DNA of 64,000 bases from Candidatus Hydrothermarchaeum profundi (lineage in GTDB: Archaea > Hydrothermarchaeota > Hydrothermarchaeia > Hydrothermarchaeales > Hydrothermarchaeaceae), in NCBI GenBank assembly GCA_002011125.2, contig MTMF02000009.1:1734788-1798787 (forward strand), written 5' to 3'. A program made the translations under genes and the position numbers. The stretch's first letter is position 1. Every line of letters starts with the position of its first letter. The notes beneath the pieces were generated by a model. It saw nothing but the letters and a program-made list of their open reading frames with translations. It was not told the origin of the DNA and did no database searches. Positions 37,888-48,925 of the stretch are shown in pieces.

Positions 37888-40800
37888 TTATGAGGCAAGC
37901 CTTTTACTTATAATGAACCAGACCTTTTTTCGAAGCTTTCTATCCGGGATGTATCGCTCCAGGTAACTTTGGATATCTTTAACAATAATGCCTAGATCAT
38001 TTTGATATTTTTTAACCGCTTCTATTACCCTCTTTTTATTCACGGGTACCTTTATACTTCTAGCACCGTTTATCACAGCGTAGTGTATGTACTCCGCCTT
38101 CTCTGGGTATTCGCAGTTGAATCTTTTACCTCCAATATTAACGTAGAAGCCGTTTAAGTCTGAGCCTGTCATTGAAGGGCCTCCGGGAACCTCTACTATC
38201 TCCACTAGAGTAGTATCGGGGATATACTCTTCTGGGAATTTCTTCAATCTGCTTATGTCTACCTCCCGCAGAATAGCTTCCGCTATATCCTCTGGTCTAG
38301 ATCCTCTGGATTTCTTTTTCCTAGATACGCTTTCCGCTTTCTCTATCCTTGATTTAACCAAGTTTACTACCGCTCTGTAAACCTCAAGCTGCTCTTCCTC
38401 GGTTAAACCTAATATTTCTCCCATAATGATTTTGTCAAGCTCTCTGCGATCGGGTTTCACCTTATCTAATGAAACATCTTCAGGTTTCTTTGCACCGATC
38501 TCATCGAAAACTGAACCAATCGGACGTTTGGAAAGCCTATCAAAGGCCTTTTTGAGTTTTTTGATATTTCTTTTTTGCAATTGAAATGGATCGAAAACTA
38601 GAATATCTTTTAATTCATAAACTTGAATTTTTAATGGACCGCCTCCACCGCCGTAGCTTCTAGTAAGAATCTCAATCAACATAAAATTATAACTTGAAGT
38701 TAAAATAGCTGAAAGAACTGCAGAGTTTCCTATTAGATATACATCAAAAAATTCACAATCAAAAAATACTCTCGACGAATTTAGTATCGAAAAAATCCGT
38801 TCTCTCAATATATAGGGCCAGCCAATTTTTCCAGGGACCCTTTCACCTAGGTCATACCATCTTTTTCTACTAGCACATGTAGGTCTTTCATGGAACCCTC
38901 TCTCTTCCCCCCATTCTATGTATTTTAAAACATTTGTTCCATTCAATTCCTCTCTATCCTTGTGGATCATCAGCACCCTATATTTTAAATCCCCTAGATC
39001 AACAATAACTCCCTGACACTCCCTAGGGCTCTTAACAACATAGTTGGGAATCCAGTAAACGTAGCCGTCTTCTCTTAAAAAATCCTTTAATGATAGTCTA
39101 GAAGAATATTGAGATTTTTTGAAGTACTTGCCGCCCTTATCCCTCCAAGCATGACCTTGTACTGGGACTTCAAAGTCCTTCTCTATAGGGTGCATCCAGA
39201 ATTCTCTTTCGATACTCCACCTTGCAATATCTTCATCTATGAGATAGAAGAACTCGTTTGCACCGGTTGTAAACCCTCTACAAACTTCTGCGATTTCCTT
39301 TAAGGGAACCAGCAGGTCTCTACCTTTCTCGATAATCTTAAAGAAAATCGGTGGTGCTCTAACATACTTCCCCCATTTAGAGCCTACGTATCTGCCAGCC
39401 TCTTTGTCATAGCCCTCTTTCCAAAGCTCAGCCTGTTTTTTAGGGAATATCCTAATCTTCTCGTCTTCGTAAAATTCGGTCTTATTTTCAATGAGTTTTA
39501 TTAATTTCTCTATAGACCCGAATTTCTTTTCATCGTCATCGGTCTGAGGAATTATCTCGCTTAAAGGCTTGAGCAATTGAACAAATTTCACGACATTTTC
39601 TTCGCGCTCTTTCTTTCTTTTTTCATCCTCTTCTTGATTTTCTGAGTAACACCTTTCTAGGATAGTCACAGCAGTATTAACATCAGCCTCCTCAAACCAC
39701 CGCTCTACCTTGGATTCTATAATGGCTACTATCTTTGTCTTTGTAAGGAAGAACTCCTGTAAGTACTTCCCATAATCTACATCAAGCCAGGAGTTAGAGG
39801 TTACATATCCAAATCTGCCCTCCTCCCTAAGGAACTTCAATCCATGAAGGAAGAAATAGGCATGGACACCTGCCCTCTTACCTAGGATTACATTCCTACC
39901 CCAATCCTGTTTTATAACAGCATTAAGGACTTTCTTATACTCTGGCTTATAGTCCTCAAGTTCTTCCTGCCTAGTATACGGAGGATTACCAACAACGGCA
40001 TCCATATACGGTACATATAGCTCCTTTTCACCCTTACTTAGTGTACTAATTCTCTCCCCAATATTAAGCCACATCCTAAGCTTCTTCTGGTCCTGTGTAG
40101 GATAAATATGGAAGAAGTCCTTGCAGATAATCTGAGGATAATTCTCCACACTAGCTAAGTTACGAATCGCCAGACTAATAGTCGAGAGGTGGGCTGGGAA
40201 CTTAGCTATATCAATACCATACAGCTGCGAGAGAACCTCACTATGCGACTTAGTAGGATTAAAAGTCTTCAAGCGAGCATAGCTTCTAACAAGAAACGTT
40301 CCAGCACCACATCCAAAGTCTGCGACGATATCTCTCTCACTTTTAACACAGAAACCTATTATTAAGTCCACTAGGCCTGGACGTGTGAAATACTGCCCAA
40401 GCTTGTGCCTCTCGTTCACAGGTATCAAGCTGTCGAAAATCCTACCTATATCTTTCAAGCCTATTTGGGAGAAATCGTATTTTGAGAAACTGTTGATAAA
40501 ATGCCTAAAGTTAGGTATAATCTCGTCGGGTAGAGGAATGCCTTCAATAAAGTTAGTAGCAAAGACGGTCTCATAGTCGCCGGTAACTCTCTCCGCAATA
40601 TCGAAGTATTCCTGAAGCCTCCTCTTTAAAGCCTCACTACTGTCGATGCCCTCTGGGATAGTTATTTGTTTTAAATTATACTTAAGCCTTAGAGTGTTAT
40701 AGAATAGAAGCTTGTCTAGGAGTAGGTAAAGGAATTGTCGAGCTATCCTTTCAAAATCTTCATCAGAGGAAGGAAGAGTCCATCCTTGCTCTATGAACCA

Positions 40801-41460
40801 GCCATTTAGCTGTGTCCTAAAGCCATTATCCTTCTCATACACCTCCATTAGATGAAGAGAAATCGGCATATCGAAGGCATCTACGGTAGAGTGGAGGCTT
40901 GCAATAAAAAACTCATCAACAGGCGGCTTAGAGATTTCGCTTTTACCCAGATATACCTCTTCTAGGTCTTTGAAGAATTTTCTCAGGAACTCTTTTATCT
41001 GCTTTTCAACTATTGGCTTATCTATCTCCTTGAGGTTTCTTATCTTAGTTACCTCATACCTCCTAACCCTCCTGTCAACTACGCTCCTAGCTTCTGGATC
41101 AAAGGTCTTCCATAGGAAGAGCTCATTAATATTCCAAGTACCAATATACTCTATCTGAGGACTTGCCATAGTAGCTTTGCGCTGAGCATCGTTCAAAATA
41201 TAATCATGAGTCCATCCCAGAGGAGGTTTAAGCTCGATTAGACATACCACTCTACGATTTTTCTTCCACCAAACGATAAAATCCGGAAAACTAATGCTAC
41301 TACCATCTGAAGTCTTAATCTCAATCTGCGAGTCTACATACTCTAAAGGAGAATCGATCTCTTTTAGTACTTCGCTCATCCAATTGGTAAGTCTCCTCCT
41401 AAGAGTGTCCTCAACATATCCAAAGCTTATAGATATATCATCTCTCTTGTGATATTTCAT
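37888..41460 (-). CDS. Type IIG restriction-modification fusion (endonuclease + N6-adenine methyltransferase + TRD)
   Basis: N-terminal PD...ExK (FPDF...IELK), GQYFTR, DFGCGAGTFL, GNPPY, SNSWLDVDYG. Confidence 0.88.
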   Translation of the reverse strand: MKYHKRDDISISFGYVEDTLRRRLTNWMSEVLKEIDSPLEYVDSQIEIKTSDGSSISFPDFIVWWKKNRRVVCLIELKPPLGWTHDYILNDAQRKATMASPQIEYIGTWNINELFLWKTFDPEARSVVDRRVRRYEVTKIRNLKEIDKPIVEKQIKEFLRKFFKDLEEVYLGKSEISKPPVDEFFIASLHSTVDAFDMPISLHLMEVYEKDNGFRTQLNGWFIEQGWTLPSSDEDFERIARQFLYLLLDKLLFYNTLRLKYNLKQITIPEGIDSSEALKRRLQEYFDIAERVTGDYETVFATNFIEGIPLPDEIIPNFRHFINSFSKYDFSQIGLKDIGRIFDSLIPVNERHKLGQYFTRPGLVDLIIGFCVKSERDIVADFGCGAGTFLVRSYARLKTFNPTKSHSEVLSQLYGIDIAKFPAHLSTISLAIRNLASVENYPQIICKDFFHIYPTQDQKKLRMWLNIGERISTLSKGEKELYVPYMDAVVGNPPYTRQEELEDYKPEYKKVLNAVIKQDWGRNVILGKRAGVHAYFFLHGLKFLREEGRFGYVTSNSWLDVDYGKYLQEFFLTKTKIVAIIESKVERWFEEADVNTAVTILERCYSENQEEDEKRKKEREENVVKFVQLLKPLSEIIPQTDDDEKKFGSIEKLIKLIENKTEFYEDEKIRIFPKKQAELWKEGYDKEAGRYVGSKWGKYVRAPPIFFKIIEKGRDLLVPLKEIAEVCRGFTTGANEFFYLIDEDIARWSIEREFWMHPIEKDFEVPVQGHAWRDKGGKYFKKSQYSSRLSLKDFLREDGYVYWIPNYVVKSPRECQGVIVDLGDLKYRVLMIHKDREELNGTNVLKYIEWGEERGFHERPTCASRKRWYDLGERVPGKIGWPYILRERIFSILNSSRVFFDCEFFDVYLIGNSAVLSAILTSSYNFMLIEILTRSYGGGGGPLKIQVYELKDILVFDPFQLQKRNIKKLKKAFDRLSKRPIGSVFDEIGAKKPEDVSLDKVKPDRRELDKIIMGEILGLTEEEQLEVYRAVVNLVKSRIEKAESVSRKKKSRGSRPEDIAEAILREVDISRLKKFPEEYIPDTTLVEIVEVPGGPSMTGSDLNGFYVNIGGKRFNCEYPEKAEYIHYAVINGARSIKVPVNKKRVIEAVKKYQNDLGIIVKDIQSYLERYIPDRKLRKKVWFIISKRLAS

Positions 41461-41637
41461 TAGTTAACTCCTTGGGATTTCCAAGGATATACCCGAGATT
41501 TTCATTAAAAGATTATGTTTTCCGTAAAAAAAGAATTTAATTAAAAATACAACTAATAAAGCATAATAAAGCCTTAGTTAATACTAAATCTTATTTAAAA
41601 AGTGATTTATTAACACTAATAGGAAAAAACATTAGTA

Positions 41638-42375
41638 TCACATCATGCCTCTCTCTTTCATACTGACGAACTTTCCATTACCTATCACGACATGATCCCG
41701 TATCTCGATCCCAATAGTACGTCCTGCTTCTATTATCCTCTTGGTTACCTCTATGTCGCCATCGCTTGGCTCGGGGTCTCCCGAAGGATGATTATGGACT
41801 ATTATCACAGAGTCAGCATTCTTCACCAATGCTATCCTAAAGATGCTCCTCGGCTCTAGGACGCTGATATTAAGGGACCCTACAGAGACAACTACCTCAG
41901 AGTTGTCTATAACTCCGCATCTCGTGTCAAGGCAGAGTACAACGACCTGCTCCCTATCTAAATCTCTCATCTTAGGCAATAGAAACTCTGCAACATCCTT
42001 AGGGTTTGATATCTCATATCTCTCTGTGCTCGGGTAATCCATCCGCTTAGCAAGCTCATAGGCCGCTTTGAGTTGGACAGCCTTAGCAAAGCCCATACCC
42101 GGAACCCAACGCAACTCATTGACATCTGCCGAGAAAAGAGACCTGAGACTACCATATTTTTGTAGCAGCCTATTCGCTACATCAACTGCCGTCTCTCCTT
42201 TCCTGCCAGAGCGGAGTAGGATAGCAAGCAGCTCAGAAGTGGAAAGCGCTGGCGCTCCATGCGCTGCTAACCTTTCCCTAGGCCTCTCGCTCGGTGGCAG
42301 GTCTTTAATATATATTTTATCCCCTCTTGGCCTAGAATAGCGGCTTCTCCAGTCCTTTCCTGCGTAGTCATCCAT
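41638..42375 (-). CDS. radC: RadC/JAB-domain protein
   Basis: ERPRERL, ELLAILL, HhH, HNHPSGD.EPS..D, DHVVIG. Confidence 0.92.
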   Translation of the reverse strand: MDDYAGKDWRSRYSRPRGDKIYIKDLPPSERPRERLAAHGAPALSTSELLAILLRSGRKGETAVDVANRLLQKYGSLRSLFSADVNELRWVPGMGFAKAVQLKAAYELAKRMDYPSTERYEISNPKDVAEFLLPKMRDLDREQVVVLCLDTRCGVIDNSEVVVSVGSLNISVLEPRSIFRIALVKNADSVIIVHNHPSGDPEPSDGDIEVTKRIIEAGRTIGIEIRDHVVIGNGKFVSMKERGMM

Positions 42376-42429
42376 GAAATGCTGAAACTCACAGGAGAAT
42401 ATATAGGCATGCTTTTTTCGGATAAAATC

Positions 42430-43362
42430 CTACTCCTCGAATTCTTTTTCTATCCTTATTCTCTGGGTCCTCCCGTGAGGCTCCTTTGAAACTATTTTTC
42501 TCTCACAGAGCACTGCGACTATCCTGCTAACTTTAGGCCTTGAAAAGCCTGTTTTAGCTGGCAACTGATCCTGCATTATTTCACCGCCGTTTTCTATAAT
42601 CGCATCCACAACCTTTTGCTCATCTTCGGTTAGGATCTCATAGGAGACTTTCTCTCCCTTCTTCATTCGTAAGAGAGCGAAAACTAGAAACGCTCCAACA
42701 ACGAGCCCGCTTAAAAGGGAGAATACTTCCTTCGGTAACTTTTTCTTCTTAAAATCCTCTCCCTCTCCAACTGTGGTAACAGTATAACCTTGTGAGGATA
42801 GATAATCCTTAATCTCCTGCGATATCCCTTTATCCACCAGCACCACTCTTTCAATTCTCATGGTATTCATCGCATCTTCTACGCTCATAGGAACCTCATT
42901 CTGCCTCGTAAATAGTATGGGAAACCCTGTCTCGCCAGCTATTCTGAGGGCGGTCAACATTCCCTCATAGGTCTCGCCGTTAACCAAGATGCATTCCTTA
43001 GAGTCAGGGTATAGCTCAATGGCAAACCTAGCTGATGTTCCATGACGGTCTGCACCGCTTATCCGGTTAGTCACAAATCCTAGTGCTTCAATCTCCCTCT
43101 GGACCTTTAGTGATATAGCGCTTTCTCCACCAATGATAAGCACCCTATCGTAGCCAGCCTCTCTATAGCCCTTCAACTGCACTTTAACTTCATCTAATAG
43201 TTCGTTCGGAGTTGTAGTAACGATGGGTATACCTGACTTCTGAGAGTATGCCTGCGCTATAACCCAGTCTGGAGGAAGATCACTTCTCACGAGGATTACA
43301 TCGTAGTTTGATAAGCTTCCAATAAAGAGTAACAGTAGTAGCGTTGTTATTAAACGCTTCAT
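42430..43362 (-). CDS. Membrane protein: external cell-wall-binding-repeat-2 region, TM helix, cytoplasmic wHTH
   Basis: Signal peptide, IIGGESAIS, RISGADRHGTS, TM helix, then LTEDEQKVV...GEIMQ..L...GFSRPKVSR. Confidence 0.75.
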   Translation of the reverse strand: MKRLITTLLLLLFIGSLSNYDVILVRSDLPPDWVIAQAYSQKSGIPIVTTTPNELLDEVKVQLKGYREAGYDRVLIIGGESAISLKVQREIEALGFVTNRISGADRHGTSARFAIELYPDSKECILVNGETYEGMLTALRIAGETGFPILFTRQNEVPMSVEDAMNTMRIERVVLVDKGISQEIKDYLSSQGYTVTTVGEGEDFKKKKLPKEVFSLLSGLVVGAFLVFALLRMKKGEKVSYEILTEDEQKVVDAIIENGGEIMQDQLPAKTGFSRPKVSRIVAVLCERKIVSKEPHGRTQRIRIEKEFEE

Positions 43363-43462
43363 GGCTAAAGAACTAGATTACCGGACATATAATACTTGCG
43401 AATTTCTCCGAATTTGACAATGCTTATTCTATTGCTTAAAGATTTGGAGTGGGAGGTGATTA

Positions 43463-46400
43463 ATGCTGAGAGGAATCCTCCTAATAATTCTTTTTCTGGC
43501 ATTAACCCCTACTGTGGAGGCATCAATAAAGGTAGTGAATAGGTCAACTCCCGCCTGCTATTCAGGCGAGTATCACCAGACAATACAATCAGCAGTTGAC
43601 TCAGCGGCTAGTGGAGATTCCATAATAATTTGTCCTGGAATCTATAGCGAAAATATTGATATAGGGTTGCCGCTTGAGATTAAATCTTACTCCCAAGATT
43701 ATGCTGACACAGTAGTACAAGCTGCTATCGCAAGCGATAATGTCTTTGAGATAACCGCAGGCAACGTTAATCTCAGCAGCCTTACAATCACAGGTGCTAA
43801 TGGGAGTAACGCCGCAGGAGTATACATCTTCGGGGCAAAGGAGTGTAATATCACGAATAACAAGATTAGCGGAAATTGGTACGGGATTAAAACTAGATCA
43901 TCTAGTAATAATGTATTTTTTAATAATAACTTAAGTTTAAATACAGAAAGCGGGATTGCCCTAGGGACTTCAAGTAATAATGTCATAATAAGAAATAAGA
44001 TTTCATACAATAACTATGGGATTTTATTAAGAGATTCTATTAATAACCTACTTTCAAATAATTCGGTGCTAAATAATTACTATAGTGGATTATTCTTGGA
44101 TTTTTCAGGTAGTAATACTATCGCTAATAATAATATTAGCCTCAACTACGACTATGGAATCTATATCTACTCCTCAAACAGCAACTATATTTATAATAAT
44201 CTTTTCAATAACACCTACAATTTTTACCTCTTCTCTACTATTAATGAATGGAATACTTCTACAACGCTAGGCTCTAATATAATAGGCGGGCCAACTATAG
44301 GAGGTAACCTTTGGGCTACACCGCTGGAATCAGGCTTTTCACAGAACTGCCAAGACAGCGATCATGATAGGATTTGCGATTCTGGTTTTGTCTTAGATGA
44401 TGATAACATAGATTATTTACCTATAGCCCTAGGTAACATAAGAAACTTGGAGACAGGTAAAAGATTTTCTTCTATACAATCTGCGATAGATGACCCTGAA
44501 ACAGATATCGGCCACACGATAGTGGTGCCGCAGGGGTACTACAGTGAGAACGTTAAATTGAACAAATCCATTAATTTAATTAGCACAGGTAAACCTACAA
44601 TAATTAATGCTAGCAAACCTGATTATACGCTGGAGATATCAGTAAGCTATGTAAACATTAGCGGCTTCACGATAACAGGAGCTTCAAGCTGGGAATCTTC
44701 TGGAATTTTTGTTTCCAATGCAGACTACTGCGATATCAGTAACAGCAATATCTCATATAACTGGCATGGGATTACCTTAGAATATTCCGATAACTGTACT
44801 CTGATAAATAATTCAATCCAATATAATTCCGGTTTTGGGGTGATATCAGAATACTCTCTTTCTAGTACTATTAGTGGTAATAGTGTAAATCTTAATGGAG
44901 CAACAGGGATACATATTTTTTCTTCTAACAATAATCTTCTAGAAAAAAATGAGATAAACTATAATGAAAGAGGTATTTATCTTCAAGAATCTGAATCAAC
45001 CCGCATTGTAGATAACACTATAAATTCTAACACCTATGAAGGGATAACTCTACGAAGTGCTAATAGTAATTTGATAAGACATAACAATGCAACCAACGGG
45101 TACATTGGATTATACTTAATATTTTCAAGCGACTTCAACGTTATTTCTGATAACAATCTTTCTCTTAATAACAGGCAGGGGGTTTATCTTAGCTATTCTC
45201 AAAATAATACCCTTGCAAATAACACTATAACGCTAAACGGGGATTCAGGCATATATCTTAGATCTTCCGGTAATAACAATTTCTATAACAACTTCTTCAA
45301 TAACTCTCTAAATGTCTTCTTTTACGATGAGGCTCCTAACAAATGGAATACTACCAAGCGATCCGGCTTAAATATCCTAGGCAGAGAAGATATTGGCGGC
45401 AATTACTGGGCTACTATCGGTGGCTCTGGCTTCAGCGAATTATGCATAGATGAAGATGGCAATAGTATCTGTGACGGCTATTATGCTTTAAACCCGGGTA
45501 ATGTCGATTTCTTCCCACTATTCTATGAAACTGATCCTCCAATAATCGAGATAATTGGTAACGCATCTGTTAATAACAGCCTCCATAATAGTGCAATTAC
45601 ATTCAACGCTAGTGTTTCTGATTTAAGATCCAATATATCTTCATGCCTTCTTGAACTAGATAGCATAAATGTTAGCATGCTTCTCGAGGGCACCGGTAAA
45701 AATGTTACATGCGGATATGCCTCATACAATCTAACTGAGGGAGAGCATAAATACTCTATCTACGCTAGCGATGCCTCTGGAAATATCAACCAAACCTCTA
45801 TTTTAACGCTAGTAGTAGACTCTACGCCGCCTATAGTCTCGCTAGTAAGCCCCATAGACAACTATAATTCCTCTAACCAAAGCTTATTCTTCGAATTCAC
45901 AGCCTCCGATAACCTTTCATCTGCTCTCCTATGCAGCATCTATGTAGACGGAAGCAAAGAATGGTCAGGATACGCTTCAAATGCAACTCTTCCTCTTGCT
46001 GAAGAACTCCACAGCTGGTATGTCAGCTGCTCAGATCAAGCTGGTAACAGGGGGTTCTCAAAGGAGTATACTTTTTTAATCGACTTAACACCTCCAACTA
46101 TAGATATATCTTCTCCTTTAGAGAAATTATACTCTTCTAGGCAGATAATGTTAAACACCTCCTCGGGGGAAGAAGTTGAAACCTGGGGGTACTCGCTTAA
46201 TGGCGGCGGAAACATCACTTTTACTCCTGCTATAACCATTTCTATATCTGAAGGTCTGAATACTCTCTTTGTATACGCTAGAGACTACGCGGGGAACACT
46301 AATAGTGCTAGAATAGACTTCACCGTAGATACCATTGCTCCCTCTATTACTATATTGTCACCTGAAAACACCGTATATGCAGATAACACTATTACAATAA

Positions 46401-48733
46401 ACATAACCACCGATGAGAGCAGCAACATATCCTACTCTCTAAATAATGCAGAAAATGTTTCTTCCAACAATCTATCTACCAGCTTTGAAACATATACATC
46501 AGGAGCCGAAGGATTAAACTGCGTAGACATCTACGTGAGAGACAAGGCGGGAAACCTTAACTCGACCCAGGTCTGCTTCATAATAGACACAGTTAATCCC
46601 CTAATCGAGGTTACTTCACCTCAAAATCACTCCTATGGCTCATATACTATAGATCTTAACGCTTCATCAAACGAAGCCATCTCCCTATGGCAGTACTCCT
46701 TAAATGGGGACCCAATGACTAATTTCACTCCTAACATGACTATAAATGGCCTTGAAGGAGAGAATAATATAACAGTCTACGCTTTAGATAGTGCAGGTAA
46801 CATAGCTAATACAACGATATACTTCTATATTGATACAATCCCCCCGGAGATCACTATTCTGACATCTAATAACTCCAACTTCTCTGGAGAAATAAATCTC
46901 TCCTGGACCCTACAGGACTCTTCACCTTTCACCGTAGATTTTTATTTGAATGGTAGTTTAAACCGGACGAATACTACCGACGGATGCTCTTTTGGCAATT
47001 TAGAGGAAGGAGTCTATTTATGGAGAATAGAAGCTACCGATTCGCTTGGAAATAAACACCAAAGCAAAGCTTATATATTCACAGTTGACATCACAGCCCC
47101 GCTTATCATAAACGCCACTATATCTGCCGAGAAAGCCCTAATACAAGACGGCATAGAGATATCAGTTAATGCGGTGGACAACTCTACAGGAACACGATCA
47201 ATATTAGCGGAGATAAATGAGGCCAATCTAACCTTTTCAAACCAAAGCCTATGGTTAACTAGCGAAGGATTCTATCATTTAACCGGCATCTATGCCGTAG
47301 ATTATTCTGGCAACATGGGATATTTCCCTATAGACTCTTCTTTCGCCATCTATAACGATACCACTTCACCTTCAATTATAATCCACTACCCAATGCCATA
47401 TACAAATCTCTCTTCCAACTCCTGGGAGCTGAACTGGTCATCAACTGATATCTTTCCAGTAGCTTCTGCTATACTCTTAGACGGCTCAATAGTAGCGGAA
47501 GATGTAGAGACTACTAGTGGATATAATATCCTCGAGATTACCGCAAGCGAGGGGTTTCATAACATATTAGTAGAGGTAAGTGATACAGCTGGAAACAAGA
47601 ACTCAGCAGAAGTACCTTTTATTATTGACCTTACTTTGCCCGAAGCAGGTAAGCCTACCATTATGCGGGAAAACATAACCGAGGGAGAGATGATTAAAAT
47701 AAAAATAAAAGCCACTGATTCACTCACCGGAGTAGAGGACATTTTTATCGTGATAGAAGGTCAGAATTACTCAATGGAAAGAGAAGGCGAGTACTTCTGG
47801 CTGAAGCATCCCTTCGATGTCGGACTCTACACTATCGCAGGGTTCTATATACATGACTATGCTGGAAACCTAGACTACGTAGAATATAATACCTCTTTTA
47901 GAGTGGAAGAGAGGCCGAATTTCATCTCTTTATCGTTTGCTAGCGGAGGTGGAGGCAGTATAACTAAAAAACCTGTATTCAAGGAGGGCTTTAACGTTTT
48001 GACCCCAGAGCTTATGAAGGACTTACTCAAGGACCAAAACATGTTGCAAGGTGAATTTTACAAGACCAATCGGTCAATATATCCAACCCTCGTTCTGACA
48101 GCAAGGAGCAAAGGTAAGTATCCCGCGCCGGATATGAACCTTGGCGGACTAAATATTAGCATATTAAAGGGTGATCTCTACGAGTTATGCGCTCAAGAAG
48201 TCTTAACAAGCCTCCGTAAAGCCGAGTCTATAGTCATCGCTAGAGGAGATATTGAGGCAGATTCTATTTCTGCGATAGCTTACGCCAAGGCTATTAATGC
48301 GCCCATACTTCTTACCGATCCTATAGTTCTACCTGAAGTCATATATAATGCTACAGAAGCATTAAAGCCGGAGAAAATAATAATTATTGGAGGCGAAAAG
48401 GCTATCTCCCGGGAAGTGGAGTGGAAGCTCGCCATGCTAGCAGGTGTAAGGAGAATCGCGGGTAAGAATAGAGAAGAAACTGCAGCAAATGTTGCTGGAG
48501 CTATTAAAGAAACTGCTATACCGGATACTATTATAATAGCGGACGGCGAGAGACCTGCGGCAGAAGCCGCTATCTTGGCCTATAGTCTTGATGCACCTGT
48601 GCTTTACTCTAATGCTGAGGAAATACCTCCACCTACGAAAGAGTTTCTAAAAAACATTGACCAAAAAACTAAAATTATTCTAGTAGGACTAGGTAATTTC
48701 GAACTTAACTATCTTATTTTTTCCGAGAGGTAG
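43463..48733 (+). CDS. Large secreted surface protein: two NosD/CASH beta-helices, Ig-like repeats, C-terminal CWB2-like repeats
   Basis: Signal peptide, two 'IQSA(V/I)D' beta-helix modules, repeated 'D.AGN' and 'D.TPP' Ig-like units, C-terminal APILLT / IIGGEKAIS / RIAGKNREETA. Confidence 0.85.
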   Translation: MLRGILLIILFLALTPTVEASIKVVNRSTPACYSGEYHQTIQSAVDSAASGDSIIICPGIYSENIDIGLPLEIKSYSQDYADTVVQAAIASDNVFEITAGNVNLSSLTITGANGSNAAGVYIFGAKECNITNNKISGNWYGIKTRSSSNNVFFNNNLSLNTESGIALGTSSNNVIIRNKISYNNYGILLRDSINNLLSNNSVLNNYYSGLFLDFSGSNTIANNNISLNYDYGIYIYSSNSNYIYNNLFNNTYNFYLFSTINEWNTSTTLGSNIIGGPTIGGNLWATPLESGFSQNCQDSDHDRICDSGFVLDDDNIDYLPIALGNIRNLETGKRFSSIQSAIDDPETDIGHTIVVPQGYYSENVKLNKSINLISTGKPTIINASKPDYTLEISVSYVNISGFTITGASSWESSGIFVSNADYCDISNSNISYNWHGITLEYSDNCTLINNSIQYNSGFGVISEYSLSSTISGNSVNLNGATGIHIFSSNNNLLEKNEINYNERGIYLQESESTRIVDNTINSNTYEGITLRSANSNLIRHNNATNGYIGLYLIFSSDFNVISDNNLSLNNRQGVYLSYSQNNTLANNTITLNGDSGIYLRSSGNNNFYNNFFNNSLNVFFYDEAPNKWNTTKRSGLNILGREDIGGNYWATIGGSGFSELCIDEDGNSICDGYYALNPGNVDFFPLFYETDPPIIEIIGNASVNNSLHNSAITFNASVSDLRSNISSCLLELDSINVSMLLEGTGKNVTCGYASYNLTEGEHKYSIYASDASGNINQTSILTLVVDSTPPIVSLVSPIDNYNSSNQSLFFEFTASDNLSSALLCSIYVDGSKEWSGYASNATLPLAEELHSWYVSCSDQAGNRGFSKEYTFLIDLTPPTIDISSPLEKLYSSRQIMLNTSSGEEVETWGYSLNGGGNITFTPAITISISEGLNTLFVYARDYAGNTNSARIDFTVDTIAPSITILSPENTVYADNTITINITTDESSNISYSLNNAENVSSNNLSTSFETYTSGAEGLNCVDIYVRDKAGNLNSTQVCFIIDTVNPLIEVTSPQNHSYGSYTIDLNASSNEAISLWQYSLNGDPMTNFTPNMTINGLEGENNITVYALDSAGNIANTTIYFYIDTIPPEITILTSNNSNFSGEINLSWTLQDSSPFTVDFYLNGSLNRTNTTDGCSFGNLEEGVYLWRIEATDSLGNKHQSKAYIFTVDITAPLIINATISAEKALIQDGIEISVNAVDNSTGTRSILAEINEANLTFSNQSLWLTSEGFYHLTGIYAVDYSGNMGYFPIDSSFAIYNDTTSPSIIIHYPMPYTNLSSNSWELNWSSTDIFPVASAILLDGSIVAEDVETTSGYNILEITASEGFHNILVEVSDTAGNKNSAEVPFIIDLTLPEAGKPTIMRENITEGEMIKIKIKATDSLTGVEDIFIVIEGQNYSMEREGEYFWLKHPFDVGLYTIAGFYIHDYAGNLDYVEYNTSFRVEERPNFISLSFASGGGGSITKKPVFKEGFNVLTPELMKDLLKDQNMLQGEFYKTNRSIYPTLVLTARSKGKYPAPDMNLGGLNISILKGDLYELCAQEVLTSLRKAESIVIARGDIEADSISAIAYAKAINAPILLTDPIVLPEVIYNATEALKPEKIIIIGGEKAISREVEWKLAMLAGVRRIAGKNREETAANVAGAIKETAIPDTIIIADGERPAAEAAILAYSLDAPVLYSNAEEIPPPTKEFLKNIDQKTKIILVGLGNFELNYLIFSER

Positions 48734-48734
48734 G

Positions 48735-48890
48735 TTACACTTGCTCTCTCTTAATGTTCATCTTTTTGTATATACTAACTATGTTGGAACTGTCACAGCT
48801 AGGGCACTTTATTTCTTCCCCTTCCGCAGCTTCGTAGGATATCCTAAACATCTTACCGCAATCATCGCACACCATTATTTTTTCGGCCAT
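48735..48890 (-). CDS. Small zinc-ribbon protein (FmdB-like, 51 aa)
   Basis: Hand translation MAEKIMVCDDCGKMFRISYEAAEGEEIKCPSCDSSNIVSIYKKMNIKREQV; CxxC...CPxC; not in the ORF track. Confidence 0.75.
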   Translation of the reverse strand: MAEKIMVCDDCGKMFRISYEAAEGEEIKCPSCDSSNIVSIYKKMNIKREQV

Positions 48891-48925
48891 CCTTCTTCTC
48901 CACTTAAACTGATCTCATCTAGTAT

